Translations under genes and position numbers: made by a program | The notes under the pieces: generated by a model | Database searches by the model: none | The model's input: the letters and a program-made list of their open reading frames with translations, nothing else | What the model was told of the DNA's origin: nothing | Origin: a virus | Taxonomy: Duplodnaviria; Caudoviricetes | Length of the DNA stretch: 64,000 nucleotides | IMG/VR virus record: IMGVR_UViG_3300028888_000052 | Reading direction: 5' to 3' (one strand) | In this document: positions 1 through 10,213 of the stretch, piece after piece | How positions within the stretch are numbered: the stretch's first letter is position 1 | Layout: each line of letters opens with the position of its first letter

Positions 1-1
1 G

Positions 2-1078
2 GTTAATACCAGAAACTTTCAATACATCTTTAAGAGCTTCAGCCATATATTCATAGTTTTGGCAAGATGAACCAGCATTAACTGAATGGAATACTGTTAC
101 ATTAACATTATCTTTAGCTTCAGTAATAGCTACAAATGTACCATTTGCACAGTTAAGAAGTTTAACATTGTTAAGTACACAAATGTTTTCCATGTTCTCA
201 AATAAATCAGCGCAATTAGAAGCAATATTCATAAATGCCATCTTTTCTTGAATTGGCATAGTCTTTGAAAGCATATTAGCATATTCACGGAACTTAATTG
301 ATTCAGTGAAAGTTTCATTGATTTTACCCTTTTCAAAAGTAATAGACTTTTCAAATTTATTCTCATCAATTTCTTTATCAGCAATAGTAATCTTATTCAA
401 ATCACCATGTGTACTTCTAAATTCATATATAAGATTATTGTCTTCATCTCTCTTAAATGATTCAAGAAGTTTGTTATATCTAGCAAATGCTTGGTCATCA
501 CATTTAACTTGATTAACTTTACCTTCAGAAATCTTATAAGATGTACCATTAATCATGAAAGTAACATCTTCACCTTCTTTAATAATATATGAAATAGGAG
601 AAGTTACTGTATATTGATTAGTATAAGCTTCTGTAACATTAGTCTTATACACTTCTTTACAAACTTGTCTGAATTCTGGAATATATTGGATATTCTTCAA
701 AGCACCAGCTTTAATATAAGATATTACATTAGATTCATCCATTTCTAAAATCTTTTCAACTTGTTGTACACCTAACTTATTGATGTAATTATAAGTTGAG
801 TTGTTGTTAGAAATACTTTCACATGCAGAAGCAAGTTTCCAAGAAATGTTATTTTCGTTAATGAACTTATTTACAGATTCCAATATACTCATCAAACCTG
901 TATCAAAGCTTAATTTAGATGCTTCAAGAACGAAGCCATTAACTATACCGCAACTTGCAGGATTAGTGTACACATATGCACGATAGTTGTTCAAAATCTC
1001 CTTACCTGCCTCTGTGATAGCTTCAGTTGAATTAATCTTTTCAGCAAAGTTAAGGTCTTTAAGTAATTTTATGCTCAT
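2..1078 (-). CDS. Partial CDS running off the left edge; probable prohead core/internal head protein
   Basis: Open frame from ATG at 1078 (MSIKLLKDLNFAEKINSTEAITEAGKEIL...) with no stop before the window edge; many (I/L/V)xE-(A/S/N) sites (ITEA, VLEA, ILES, INEN, VTEA); absent from ORF track because it is truncated. Confidence 0.6.
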   Translation of the reverse strand, partial: MSIKLLKDLNFAEKINSTEAITEAGKEILNNYRAYVYTNPASCGIVNGFVLEASKLSFDTGLMSILESVNKFINENNISWKLASACESISNNNSTYNYINKLGVQQVEKILEMDESNVISYIKAGALKNIQYIPEFRQVCKEVYKTNVTEAYTNQYTVTSPISYIIKEGEDVTFMINGTSYKISEGKVNQVKCDDQAFARYNKLLESFKRDEDNNLIYEFRSTHGDLNKITIADKEIDENKFEKSITFEKGKINETFTESIKFREYANMLSKTMPIQEKMAFMNIASNCADLFENMENICVLNNVKLLNCANGTFVAITEAKDNVNVTVFHSVNAGSSCQNYEYMAEALKDVLKVSGIN

Positions 1079-1180
1079 ACTTTATATATTTGTTATATTT
1101 TTGTCGGTATCATATAGTTATATTTAATAATATAACTATTTATATAATAATAAAATTTTTATTCAATTATTTTATAAGAT

Positions 1181-1459
1181 TTACATTTTCCAACCCATAG
1201 TAGTTCCAATAGCACCCATTACTAAACGAGAAGTAAGTAATGAACCAAATGAACCTTTTGGATCAACTCCTAAAGCTTTACAAATAGCACCACCAAGTTT
1301 TGGACCTAAAGCAGCACCTAATACAGCACCACCAATAGCACCAAATATACCTTCATTAATTGGTGTTCCATTTTCTTTAGCTTCATTAAGTTTTTGTATT
1401 ATATCATCATATGTCAAATCCTCATTTACTGGATTTGCAATTTCTTCCATTGACTTCAT
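1181..1459 (-). CDS. Small protein with acidic propeptide and glycine-zipper hydrophobic C-terminal part; putative internal head protein
   Basis: MKSMEEI...PINE/GIFGAIGGAVLGAALGPKLGGAI. Confidence 0.55.
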   Translation of the reverse strand: MKSMEEIANPVNEDLTYDDIIQKLNEAKENGTPINEGIFGAIGGAVLGAALGPKLGGAICKALGVDPKGSFGSLLTSRLVMGAIGTTMGWKM

Positions 1460-1466
1460 ATTAAAA

Positions 1467-1871
1467 CTATTTATTTAATTTATTCCAAATTTTATCAAAT
1501 GTCTCTTTGTCAGGTATAGGTATGAAACATCTATCAATAAATACTCCAAGTATATATTGCTCATTTTTAGTTTTCTTACCACTCATATAATCTGCTAAGA
1601 ACCCATCATATAAACCAACATTTTTAGAATTATCTGTACTGTTGTTTGGATCCCCAACTTCGATATTCAAAGAGTCTAAAGTAGCCCAAGCCATACTTGA
1701 AAAATTAATATCTGTTAAAAACATTGGCTCTTGTGAATGTTTACCAGAATTTGCATCCCATTTTTCAATACGTTTAGCAATCATTGATAACATTGAGTTT
1801 TCACCATCTTTGAACATTGATATAATTGATTGTTCTTTATCTTCGGTAATAATATCTTCTATAGTTCTCAT
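1467..1871 (-). CDS. Hypothetical protein with capsid-targeting-like N-terminus
   Basis: MRTIEDIITED; ends in TAG. Confidence 0.55.
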   Translation of the reverse strand: MRTIEDIITEDKEQSIISMFKDGENSMLSMIAKRIEKWDANSGKHSQEPMFLTDINFSSMAWATLDSLNIEVGDPNNSTDNSKNVGLYDGFLADYMSGKKTKNEQYILGVFIDRCFIPIPDKETFDKIWNKLNK

Positions 1872-1890
1872 TTTAAATATTGTTTATATA

Positions 1891-2898
1891 TTAAAAATAA
1901 TTCTTTTTTATAGTTTCTTTTATATGTGAGATATTAGATACTTTATCATATAAAATTTCTGGGTGAATGGTATTTGAATATTTATGTATAATTTTTCTAA
2001 TTATTTTATAATCTCCAAAAGTTATGTTATTAGAATTCATCAAATCCCATTTTCTAAAATATATTTTCAAAATATTCATTATAATTAAAGCTCCTAATGC
2101 ATTAGTATGATGTTTTTGAATATCTTCTATATCTCTTGAAAATGCATTTAATTCATAAAATTTATGTATCTTAAAAAAATTTATAACCGGTTGGTCGATA
2201 TTAAAATATTTTATATTATTCTCTAAGCATCCTTGTTTATATAAATCTTCTAATTCTAAACATCTTGGTTTTATTTTTATTACACCATCATCATAACGTG
2301 TAAATGGATATTGTCTACATAAATATTTTTTTCCTTGTGGCCAATATCTACATAATATACCTAAATCAATTGAAATATCATCTTGTTTTTGATCTCTTAG
2401 GGTATTAGCCCCATCCATTATAAAAATTATATCATTATCTGTTGGGTATACTGCTTCAAATTTATGTAATATATGTGTATGCCAATTTAAAGATTTTCCT
2501 GATTGTGAAAAATTAATAAACTCAATATTATCTTTTAAAAAGAATGGAATATATTGTGCATAAGACATATATGTTATTATATCTTTATGATAATAAGAAT
2601 GACTATCACCAATTAAGATAAATTTTCTAGTATTAGTTATTTTTTCTTTATTTATTATTTCGAAATTATATTGTTTTTTTCCAAATACAAAAAATTCAAT
2701 ATCTTTTTCCTTTAACCAACCAGGTTGTGTATGTCTATAAATCCAATTATGATAATTAAATATAATTGTATTTCTATCTTTATTTATATGGCCATAATAT
2801 AAAACACAATTTTTCATACCAAATATTATTATATCATCTGGTTCTTTTATATCTAATAATTTAATTGTAAATTTATATAAACCTACTTCTTCAGTCAT
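1891..2898 (-). CDS. SGNH/GDSL hydrolase-family protein
   Basis: Block I ILIGDSHS, block II NFSQSG, block III DGANT, C-terminal KHHTNALG. Confidence 0.65.
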   Translation of the reverse strand: MTEEVGLYKFTIKLLDIKEPDDIIIFGMKNCVLYYGHINKDRNTIIFNYHNWIYRHTQPGWLKEKDIEFFVFGKKQYNFEIINKEKITNTRKFILIGDSHSYYHKDIITYMSYAQYIPFFLKDNIEFINFSQSGKSLNWHTHILHKFEAVYPTDNDIIFIMDGANTLRDQKQDDISIDLGILCRYWPQGKKYLCRQYPFTRYDDGVIKIKPRCLELEDLYKQGCLENNIKYFNIDQPVINFFKIHKFYELNAFSRDIEDIQKHHTNALGALIIMNILKIYFRKWDLMNSNNITFGDYKIIRKIIHKYSNTIHPEILYDKVSNISHIKETIKKNYF

Positions 2899-2948
2899 GA
2901 AATGTTTTAAATATATATCTTTCTATGTCTTCTATATTTAAAAATAAA

Positions 2949-2969
2949 AAGGAGTAATAAATACTCCTT
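2949..2969. terminator. Intrinsic terminator hairpin
   Basis: AAGGAGTA-ataaa-TACTCCTT just downstream of the 2975-4582 stop; U-tract on - strand. Confidence 0.65.
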
Positions 2970-2974
2970 ATATT

Positions 2975-4582
2975 TTAATATTTTTTTCCTCCACGTTGTG
3001 CTTGTAATTTCATTTGTTCTTTAATCATTGACTTACAATCATCATCAGAAAAATCTGGCATCTTTCCACAAGATTCAAAAATTTTAGCACATATTGTGAA
3101 AGTACGAATAGAAACTTCCATCTTAGCATTTGATTCAAGCATTTCTATAAGATAATCATAAGCTTTTATCTTAGATTTAGAGCTTAAATGTTCGGGATCA
3201 AGAGCAGGCATAAGTTTTTTGATAATCTTAAGAATATCTTCTGTTGTGAAGTGAATATCTTGCACAAATGAACGTCCACGAAGAGCAGTATCTAATTGAC
3301 CAGCATTATAGTTTGTGATAACTATTATACCACCTCTATAATAGAATCTCTTAGGAAGTTCTTCACCATCATCATTCATAATCTTACCAGAAACACCATA
3401 AGATACAAGTCTTCCTTCATCATCGGATGTACTATCAAGTGCACCTTTCAAAATATTTATACAATCTTCAGGTGCTTTAGGTCCTACCAATCCATCGGCA
3501 TCATCAATTACAACTATTTGACCTTTATCTTGATATTCATATAAAGTACAATAAAGAACACGAGGAGTACATTTACCTTTAATTGTAAACATACCATGAC
3601 CTTCATGATAATCATGTGCTTTAAGTTGTTGCTTAATACGATATGTTTTACCTACACCAGGAGCACCACAAAGAATTACAGATGGGTTAGTTCCATCAAT
3701 AACCATATTTACATAAGCGGCCATCTTTTTGAAAACTACATCTGGGTCTTCTCTTTCTTGTTCAAATTCCTTTTCAACTTTTTGTTCATCATCATCAGGA
3801 ATATAAGATACTGATAAGTTACGTTTCAAAGCAACTTGAAGTTCTTCCATAGTAGAAGCTCCACCTTTAATAGCTTTTACTATTTCATCATATTCATCTT
3901 TTAAATTATTAAAACGTTGTTTAGCTTCTGGAGATTCTTTTCTATGTAAATAAGCTTCATCTCGTTCAGCACGTTTTCTATTCTTGTAATCTTTTACTTC
4001 ATCATCTGCTTCTTGAATATTCAAAAGATATGCTTCATCAATTATTTCATCTGACATATTTTCTAATATCCTATAACTAAGTGCTCCTACATAATATAAA
4101 GATTCTTTAACACCTTGTCCTTTGAATACAGATCTACCTAAATCTATAGCTTCTTTTTCTGATAAATCATATTTTTGGTTATTTGCTACAGTCCATATAA
4201 TAGGTAAGAAATAAACAATTGATTTACCTAAAGTATAAATTGTTAATGATGATTTTGATTTACCATTAAATAAAAGCTCAAGGTCTTTGAAAAAGTCTAT
4301 TGAATAAACTTCTGTTGTAGATGAAGATTTAATCCAGTTAATTTGGAATAAAGATGTTTGCCCATATTTCTTTCCATGAAGAACCATGAATTGTTTAGAA
4401 TAAACTTCTTTATCACCAATTTTATTAAGAACTATACCTTCTAATGGGATTAAACCATCTATCTTGTCAGTAAGTACTTTAATAATCAAATCTAAAGCTT
4501 TATCAATATTCTTTTCAGAAAAACCTTCATTAATATTAAATTGTTGACGTTTATCTATAAATTCTAAAAATGTTTTTCTCAT
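2975..4582 (-). CDS. AAA+ ATPase with long N-terminal domain and capsid-targeting-like leader
   Basis: Walker A GAPGVGKT, Walker B VVIDDAD, sensor ITN, Arg finger ALRGRS; leader MRKTFLEFIDKRQQFNINEG. Confidence 0.8.
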   Translation of the reverse strand: MRKTFLEFIDKRQQFNINEGFSEKNIDKALDLIIKVLTDKIDGLIPLEGIVLNKIGDKEVYSKQFMVLHGKKYGQTSLFQINWIKSSSTTEVYSIDFFKDLELLFNGKSKSSLTIYTLGKSIVYFLPIIWTVANNQKYDLSEKEAIDLGRSVFKGQGVKESLYYVGALSYRILENMSDEIIDEAYLLNIQEADDEVKDYKNRKRAERDEAYLHRKESPEAKQRFNNLKDEYDEIVKAIKGGASTMEELQVALKRNLSVSYIPDDDEQKVEKEFEQEREDPDVVFKKMAAYVNMVIDGTNPSVILCGAPGVGKTYRIKQQLKAHDYHEGHGMFTIKGKCTPRVLYCTLYEYQDKGQIVVIDDADGLVGPKAPEDCINILKGALDSTSDDEGRLVSYGVSGKIMNDDGEELPKRFYYRGGIIVITNYNAGQLDTALRGRSFVQDIHFTTEDILKIIKKLMPALDPEHLSSKSKIKAYDYLIEMLESNAKMEVSIRTFTICAKIFESCGKMPDFSDDDCKSMIKEQMKLQAQRGGKKY

Positions 4583-4585
4583 TTT

Positions 4586-6265
4586 TTATATAAAATATAT
4601 TTCGACTGGTTGTAATTTTATAAAATCATTCTTATTATCTAATTGTTTCTTATTTGGATAATATTTTATAGATGATATTATAGGCATTTCTAATTTACTA
4701 TTCAAAGATATGTTTCCAAATTTATCTAAACCTGGTTGCATATCAGATTCATACATAACTTTTCTCTTTACATAATCAAATGTTCCATTTATCTCTTTGA
4801 AAACATAATCATAATAATAAGTATTATAATAGCAACTTTCTGCTAAATCAGAATAAAATGTTATTTCTAATGATTTAATAGATTTAATATTATCTAAAAG
4901 ATATTTGGTTAAATCAGATTTAGGTATAAATTGAGTGTTAGTTAATTTATTCATGAAATACAATGCTATATACCTTTTAATAGTGGTTTTTATAGCATCT
5001 CTTTCATAGACATTATCTAATTTCACATAACACATAATAGCAAATTTTCTAATAATTGGATCTTCAAACCTAAGAGTAATTCCAGCAAATGATTTTTGTG
5101 AATTATCTAATGTATTTTGAATCATTTCTTTTTGTGATTCATCTAATAATATCTTATTGTCGGTCAACTCAAAATACTTTTCTGGATTACGTAATTCTTT
5201 AGAAAGATTTTTAGTACATGAGGCAATTACATACATAGAGTTTGTTTCACTCCAACAATTTACAGTACCTATAAAAGAAAATCTCTTGAAGAATAATTCA
5301 AAATTATCTTTAGATGCTAATACTAAAGATCTTGAATTTTTACCTACCATATTACGTATAAATTCAATACTATCTGAATTAGTTCCACCAGATACACATT
5401 TTTGTAATTGCAATATCAAATATCTATTCAAATCTATATTGTTACCAAATACATCTTTACCAACAGCGGCAAATTTGAAATTAGTTACTTCATCTGGTAA
5501 AATATTTCCAGTAACACCAGCATGTTTTAAATATTCAACTCTTATATTTTGACCTTCAATAAGCTTAGTGCCATATATTCCATTACCAAAAATTATATTA
5601 AAAGTATTTTCATAACCAACTTCACAAATATATTCATTTCCATTTTCTGACATATCATAAAGATTAGCTACTTGTTTATATTCAACACCATCTACTAATA
5701 CTTTAAGAGATTCTTTATCAAATAAATCTATAGAATATACACTAAATGTCTCTAATGGTTTTCCTTCTGATACAAAATTATGAACCGAAATGTTTCCTTG
5801 GATGATTTTAAATTCATGGTTAATCAATGGCTTAGAAACATCAACAACATAATAATCAGTTGGCAATTCAATCAAATATGTTACACCAGTATTTTTATTT
5901 ATAATTGGAGTATAATTTTGAATATATATTTTAGTTGTATTAGAATCTAATCCATTATTTAATATCAATTTACAAAGAATTGTTCCTCTAGCTGCTGAAC
6001 CATAAAAAGCATCATAACCGGATATCTTAGCTAATGAATAAACAGATTTTTTACGTGTAGCAGTAAATATATTTTGCTCATTCAAAGCATCTTCAATATA
6101 AAACATCATATTTTGCATTACACCCTTAATACCATCAAATATTACTCCAAATATTTGAGTATGAGTATATTGCAAACCAAGATTATTAAATGTCTTTGAT
6201 AGATATGATCTTATTGTTTGGTCATAATTATCAAAACTAGTTTGTATAATATTAAATAACTTCAT
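4586..6265 (-). CDS. Baseplate wedge protein, T4 gp6-like
   Basis: ATRKKSVYSLAKISGY, IIFGNGIYG...IRVEYL...G.TGN and SGGTNSDSIEFIR are typical gp6/baseplate J motifs; adjacent to a gp25-like gene. Confidence 0.75.
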   Translation of the reverse strand: MKLFNIIQTSFDNYDQTIRSYLSKTFNNLGLQYTHTQIFGVIFDGIKGVMQNMMFYIEDALNEQNIFTATRKKSVYSLAKISGYDAFYGSAARGTILCKLILNNGLDSNTTKIYIQNYTPIINKNTGVTYLIELPTDYYVVDVSKPLINHEFKIIQGNISVHNFVSEGKPLETFSVYSIDLFDKESLKVLVDGVEYKQVANLYDMSENGNEYICEVGYENTFNIIFGNGIYGTKLIEGQNIRVEYLKHAGVTGNILPDEVTNFKFAAVGKDVFGNNIDLNRYLILQLQKCVSGGTNSDSIEFIRNMVGKNSRSLVLASKDNFELFFKRFSFIGTVNCWSETNSMYVIASCTKNLSKELRNPEKYFELTDNKILLDESQKEMIQNTLDNSQKSFAGITLRFEDPIIRKFAIMCYVKLDNVYERDAIKTTIKRYIALYFMNKLTNTQFIPKSDLTKYLLDNIKSIKSLEITFYSDLAESCYYNTYYYDYVFKEINGTFDYVKRKVMYESDMQPGLDKFGNISLNSKLEMPIISSIKYYPNKKQLDNKNDFIKLQPVEIYFI

Positions 6266-6612
6266 TATTTCAAATCATAATTTCTATATTTTGTTTCTAA
6301 TCCATCATTTACTCTAATTTGAACGTGATACATACCATCATATTCATAATTAATAACATTAACTTCTACTTCAACAGTTAATTGACTTAAAAAATAAGTT
6401 TCACTAATTTTCTCATATATATAATTTCTTAAATCATTTGGTGATGGATTCATTTGCCATAAGAACTGTGTCCAGTTTGTACCAAATTCTGGATAACTTA
6501 TTAGTTCTGTATTTTCGGTATTAAACAATAAATCTAATTCTTGTAAAGCTGCATCTAATTTTGTTTTAATAAATACACTATTATCTAAAGCTAAATCAAT
6601 CATAATTATCAA
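6265..6612 (-). CDS. Baseplate wedge/sheath initiator, T4 gp25-like
   Basis: LLFNTENTELISYPEFGTNWTQFLW resembles the gp25 T..GER...P.FG motif; size and position fit. Confidence 0.7.
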   Translation of the reverse strand: MIIMIDLALDNSVFIKTKLDAALQELDLLFNTENTELISYPEFGTNWTQFLWQMNPSPNDLRNYIYEKISETYFLSQLTVEVEVNVINYEYDGMYHVQIRVNDGLETKYRNYDLK

Positions 6613-8955
6613 TTAATAAATTATCCATTTACCAGATGAGATATATTCATCATCTTGGTTAGTGATTGTATATACACCAGAACCTTTTTGGAATAAGTTG
6701 CTATTCAATGAGAAAATCACATAAATATCATTTCTACCAAATTCAACAAACTCAATTCCTTCAATAATAATCTTAAATGTATCAACTTTATTCATATAAT
6801 TACCCAAGTTAATACCAATATTTTGAGTTAAGTTAGCTCTCATCTTAATATTTTGCAATTCTTGAGTACGATAGAAAATAGGTTTATAAATAATGTTATT
6901 TACACCTACTGAAGATACATGTGAATTATTATCTTCTTCTTTTTTAATAATACAATTTATGTTATTAATGAAATTAAATGGTTGTATCATTGTATTATCT
7001 AATTCTTCATTAAATACCTTTTTAGCTGATTCTATAGCCTTGTTAAAATATTCATTGTTTTGCTCTCTTGAACTATTTTTGATAAATTCAACAGCAGTAT
7101 TGAAAATATCACTTATATGTTCTTTAACATCATTCTTGTCACCATTTAACTTGATTTCTTTCATATCATCATTTATATTATTTAATACATTAAAGCTAAA
7201 AATATTATCATCGTTTATAATATACTTGAAATATTCTTTAGTTATAACAACTGGGTTACTATAAATTACCCTATTTAATATTCTATCTATGAAAATTGTA
7301 CGGGCAATCAATAAATCTGTCAATTGATACCAATGGTCATAGATATTGTTTATATTAAATGAGAAGTCATCTAATTGACTAAAATCAACAGAAACTGTTT
7401 GGTTGTATACTAAATTTTTGAATTGTCCATCAGAAGCTATTTGAATTCTAAAACCTAAGAAATCCATTCCAGTCTCAAAATCTTCTTCGACTTCCCAATC
7501 CCTTAATTCATCATATATTCCATCATAATTCAATTGAATCATACGACGTAATCTTTCTTCAGTTGAAATATCTTCTAATCCTTCCCAAATCAATTCTCCT
7601 TCTTCATCAACATATTGTCTTTTTACAACATAATTCTCAGTACCATCATGCTTGCCTTGGTTATCAAACAATACTAAGAATTTATTCAAGAAATATTCTT
7701 CTCTTTCAGGAAAATCTCTTCTAAGTTTTTCTACCCAATAATAATCATAATAATATTGGTCAATATTGTTATAATATTTATATGCTTCTTTAAATGCCTC
7801 AGAAGTTGTTTTATGATTTTTTATATATTGGTCTCTTTTAGGATATTTGAATTTAGAAAGAATAGATATTTTATGATTCTCATCAAATCCTAATTTAGCT
7901 TTTAATTGGAATTTACAATCTATATTATAGACATCAGTATATAATGAGAGATCTTTTGATAATTGATATGTATTGGTATTCGTATCAATTTTATCATAAG
8001 GGAAAATTGTTATATTAAAAGGATTAGTAATATAATTATTCTCTATAGATATTTGTTGATTCAAATATAATTTTACATTATGTGTCTCATGAGTTACTGG
8101 GTCTTCATCTTCTATAATTCTATATGGTTGTAACAAAAGATTCAATGGGACTAATTGGTTTTCAAACTCAAAATAAGTATCTTTTCTTGAACTAATTTTA
8201 AATTTCATATATCTTTCTGAATTTTCTGATAAGATGTTAGTTATGAAATTCTCATTCTTAGCAGATACTATTGTATTTAGATTTTCATTAAAATAAACAT
8301 TGAATATTTTTTTACCATTATCAACTTTAATTAACTTAAACAAATCATCAATATTAGGTATATGCAATTCGATATATTCTGAATATGTTTGATTTTGATA
8401 AGTAATTTCAGTCTCTGAATTTGTAGTATAATTATTTAATGATTGACAAAAATAATACCAATGTATATTATTGATGTAGTTATCTATGCAAATTATACCT
8501 TTTAACTTTGTCTTGTTATTTGGGTGATAAATTCTTAATAAGTTACATTTAATACGTTTTGGTTTGTTTTCATAATCAACCAATGGATAAATATCATTTC
8601 CATATAAATAGTTTCCATCTGCATCTTTCTTGTAAAATGAATTCTTATTGAAATTCATATTAAAATCCATTGGAGTTACTGAATATCCTGTTATACTTGT
8701 ATTTGGAATAGGAAATACTAATGATTTAACTTTTGGGAACATTTCATCATCACTATCATCTAATTCTTTACTTAAAGATTCCCAAACACTCTTTTGAAAA
8801 ATGTAAATATGAGTATCATTAATAATGCTATTCATAATTGAAAAATTACGAATCATTACATACTCATGTGTTATATTATCAATGTTATCTGTATCTTGGC
8901 TTAATAAATCTATCAAATATTTATAATTGCCGATATTGACAAATTTTCTAATCAT
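6613..8955 (-). CDS. Large hypothetical protein, probably structural
   Basis: 780-aa ORF directly upstream of and co-oriented with the baseplate genes. Confidence 0.5.
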   Translation of the reverse strand: MIRKFVNIGNYKYLIDLLSQDTDNIDNITHEYVMIRNFSIMNSIINDTHIYIFQKSVWESLSKELDDSDDEMFPKVKSLVFPIPNTSITGYSVTPMDFNMNFNKNSFYKKDADGNYLYGNDIYPLVDYENKPKRIKCNLLRIYHPNNKTKLKGIICIDNYINNIHWYYFCQSLNNYTTNSETEITYQNQTYSEYIELHIPNIDDLFKLIKVDNGKKIFNVYFNENLNTIVSAKNENFITNILSENSERYMKFKISSRKDTYFEFENQLVPLNLLLQPYRIIEDEDPVTHETHNVKLYLNQQISIENNYITNPFNITIFPYDKIDTNTNTYQLSKDLSLYTDVYNIDCKFQLKAKLGFDENHKISILSKFKYPKRDQYIKNHKTTSEAFKEAYKYYNNIDQYYYDYYWVEKLRRDFPEREEYFLNKFLVLFDNQGKHDGTENYVVKRQYVDEEGELIWEGLEDISTEERLRRMIQLNYDGIYDELRDWEVEEDFETGMDFLGFRIQIASDGQFKNLVYNQTVSVDFSQLDDFSFNINNIYDHWYQLTDLLIARTIFIDRILNRVIYSNPVVITKEYFKYIINDDNIFSFNVLNNINDDMKEIKLNGDKNDVKEHISDIFNTAVEFIKNSSREQNNEYFNKAIESAKKVFNEELDNTMIQPFNFINNINCIIKKEEDNNSHVSSVGVNNIIYKPIFYRTQELQNIKMRANLTQNIGINLGNYMNKVDTFKIIIEGIEFVEFGRNDIYVIFSLNSNLFQKGSGVYTITNQDDEYISSGKWIIY

Positions 8956-9012
8956 TTAACATTATACTTATTTATATATAAAAATAATATTCATAAATTA
9001 TTTGCACAAAAA

Positions 9013-9042
9013 TTTGAAATTTTTATTTTATATACTATATTT
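9013..9042 (+). promoter_or_regulatory. Early promoter variant (TTGAA-N16-CTATATT)
   Basis: Same spacing as the other copies but lacks the TGTAA element; precedes the + block starting at 9072. Confidence 0.55.
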
Positions 9043-9071
9043 AATTATCAAAAAATAAATATTATTAAATA

Positions 9072-9344
9072 ATGAGACCAAGAATCAATTCAACATTTGG
9101 TATAATTAAAAGAAAGGAACTCGATAACTATTTAACAGAAAATCAGGTATATGGTTTTACTGTTAAGGTTAATGAAAGTACTTTTATTTATAGTTACCAT
9201 ATAATGTTTAGAAATACAAGAGAGCAACCAGAAATGCTTTTTATCGAGGTCTCTAAAGCATCTAAATTAGTTCTTAAGGCATGGACTAATAAAGGTAAGA
9301 ATTTCAAGACTATTGATGAACTTAAAAAATATACTAAAAGATGA
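9072..9344 (+). CDS. Hypothetical protein
   Basis: ORF after promoter motif; ATGA overlap with next gene. Confidence 0.55.
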   Translation: MRPRINSTFGIIKRKELDNYLTENQVYGFTVKVNESTFIYSYHIMFRNTREQPEMLFIEVSKASKLVLKAWTNKGKNFKTIDELKKYTKR

Positions 9345-9622
9345 TATCTGAAAGGTTAAAATCAAAGATCAAGAAATATTATGATGAACGTCCATTCTAT
9401 GATACATATCGTGGTTGGACAATTCGTAAGAGAGTTCAAGATTACCGATTACCTATAACAAAAGAAATCTTTCATACAGATATTTTTTACTGTTGTGATG
9501 TGACACCTGGATATAAATCTATTGAAGCAACACAATATGAAGAAGTTCTAAAATGGATAGATAAGCAAATTGAATTAGGAGAGAATCAAAAAGAAGATAT
9601 AAACCTTATAATGGATTTATAA
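9341..9622 (+). CDS. Hypothetical protein
   Basis: Translationally coupled ORF. Confidence 0.55.
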   Translation: MISERLKSKIKKYYDERPFYDTYRGWTIRKRVQDYRLPITKEIFHTDIFYCCDVTPGYKSIEATQYEEVLKWIDKQIELGENQKEDINLIMDL

Positions 9623-9682
9623 GGTAAACATAATAAAAATATTAACGTTATTGAATTTAATAATTCATATTGAAAATTAATT

Positions 9683-10156
9683 ATGATAGGAACTATGACA
9701 TTTAAGAAGTTCACTGGTGAAAAGCTGGAGAACGTATCTGACTACGTAAAGGAGTATGTAGCAGAGCACAAGGGTACGGACATCGAGATTATGATTGGTA
9801 CTGACTCTCAAAACAAGGGTAGGCATACCACTTATTCAACTGTTATTGTACTTTACACACCTGGACATGGTGGACACTGTATTTTCAAACGTTGGAAGAC
9901 AGATAAGGAAAAGGTTCGTCAAGTAAGATTGCTTAAGGAAGTTGAAGAATCTATTAATGTTGCGAATGAGCTTACAGAAGCCGGATGCCCAAAGCCAAAA
10001 TATATTGATATTGACATCAATCCTAATCCACAATATAAGTCTAATGAGGTTTATGCCACAGCTAAAGGTTGGGTAGAGTCTATGGGTTATGAAGTTCGCT
10101 TCAAGACTATTGCACCTCTTGTTACATCAGCAGCTGACTGGCTTGTTAGAATGTAA
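9683..10156 (+). CDS. RNase H-like YkuK (DUF458) family protein
   Basis: IMIGTDSQ, RLLKEVEESI, IDIDINP, SAAD motifs. Confidence 0.8.
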   Translation: MIGTMTFKKFTGEKLENVSDYVKEYVAEHKGTDIEIMIGTDSQNKGRHTTYSTVIVLYTPGHGGHCIFKRWKTDKEKVRQVRLLKEVEESINVANELTEAGCPKPKYIDIDINPNPQYKSNEVYATAKGWVESMGYEVRFKTIAPLVTSAADWLVRM

Positions 10157-10180
10157 AAAAATATATAAAAATACAAAAAT

Positions 10181-10206
10181 AAAGGAGTAACATTTGTTAC
10201 TCCTTT
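10181..10206. terminator. Bidirectional terminator between convergent genes
   Basis: AAAGGAGTAAC-attt-GTTACTCCTTT; nearly identical to the hairpin at 18562-18587. Confidence 0.8.
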
Positions 10207-10213
10207 TTTATAT

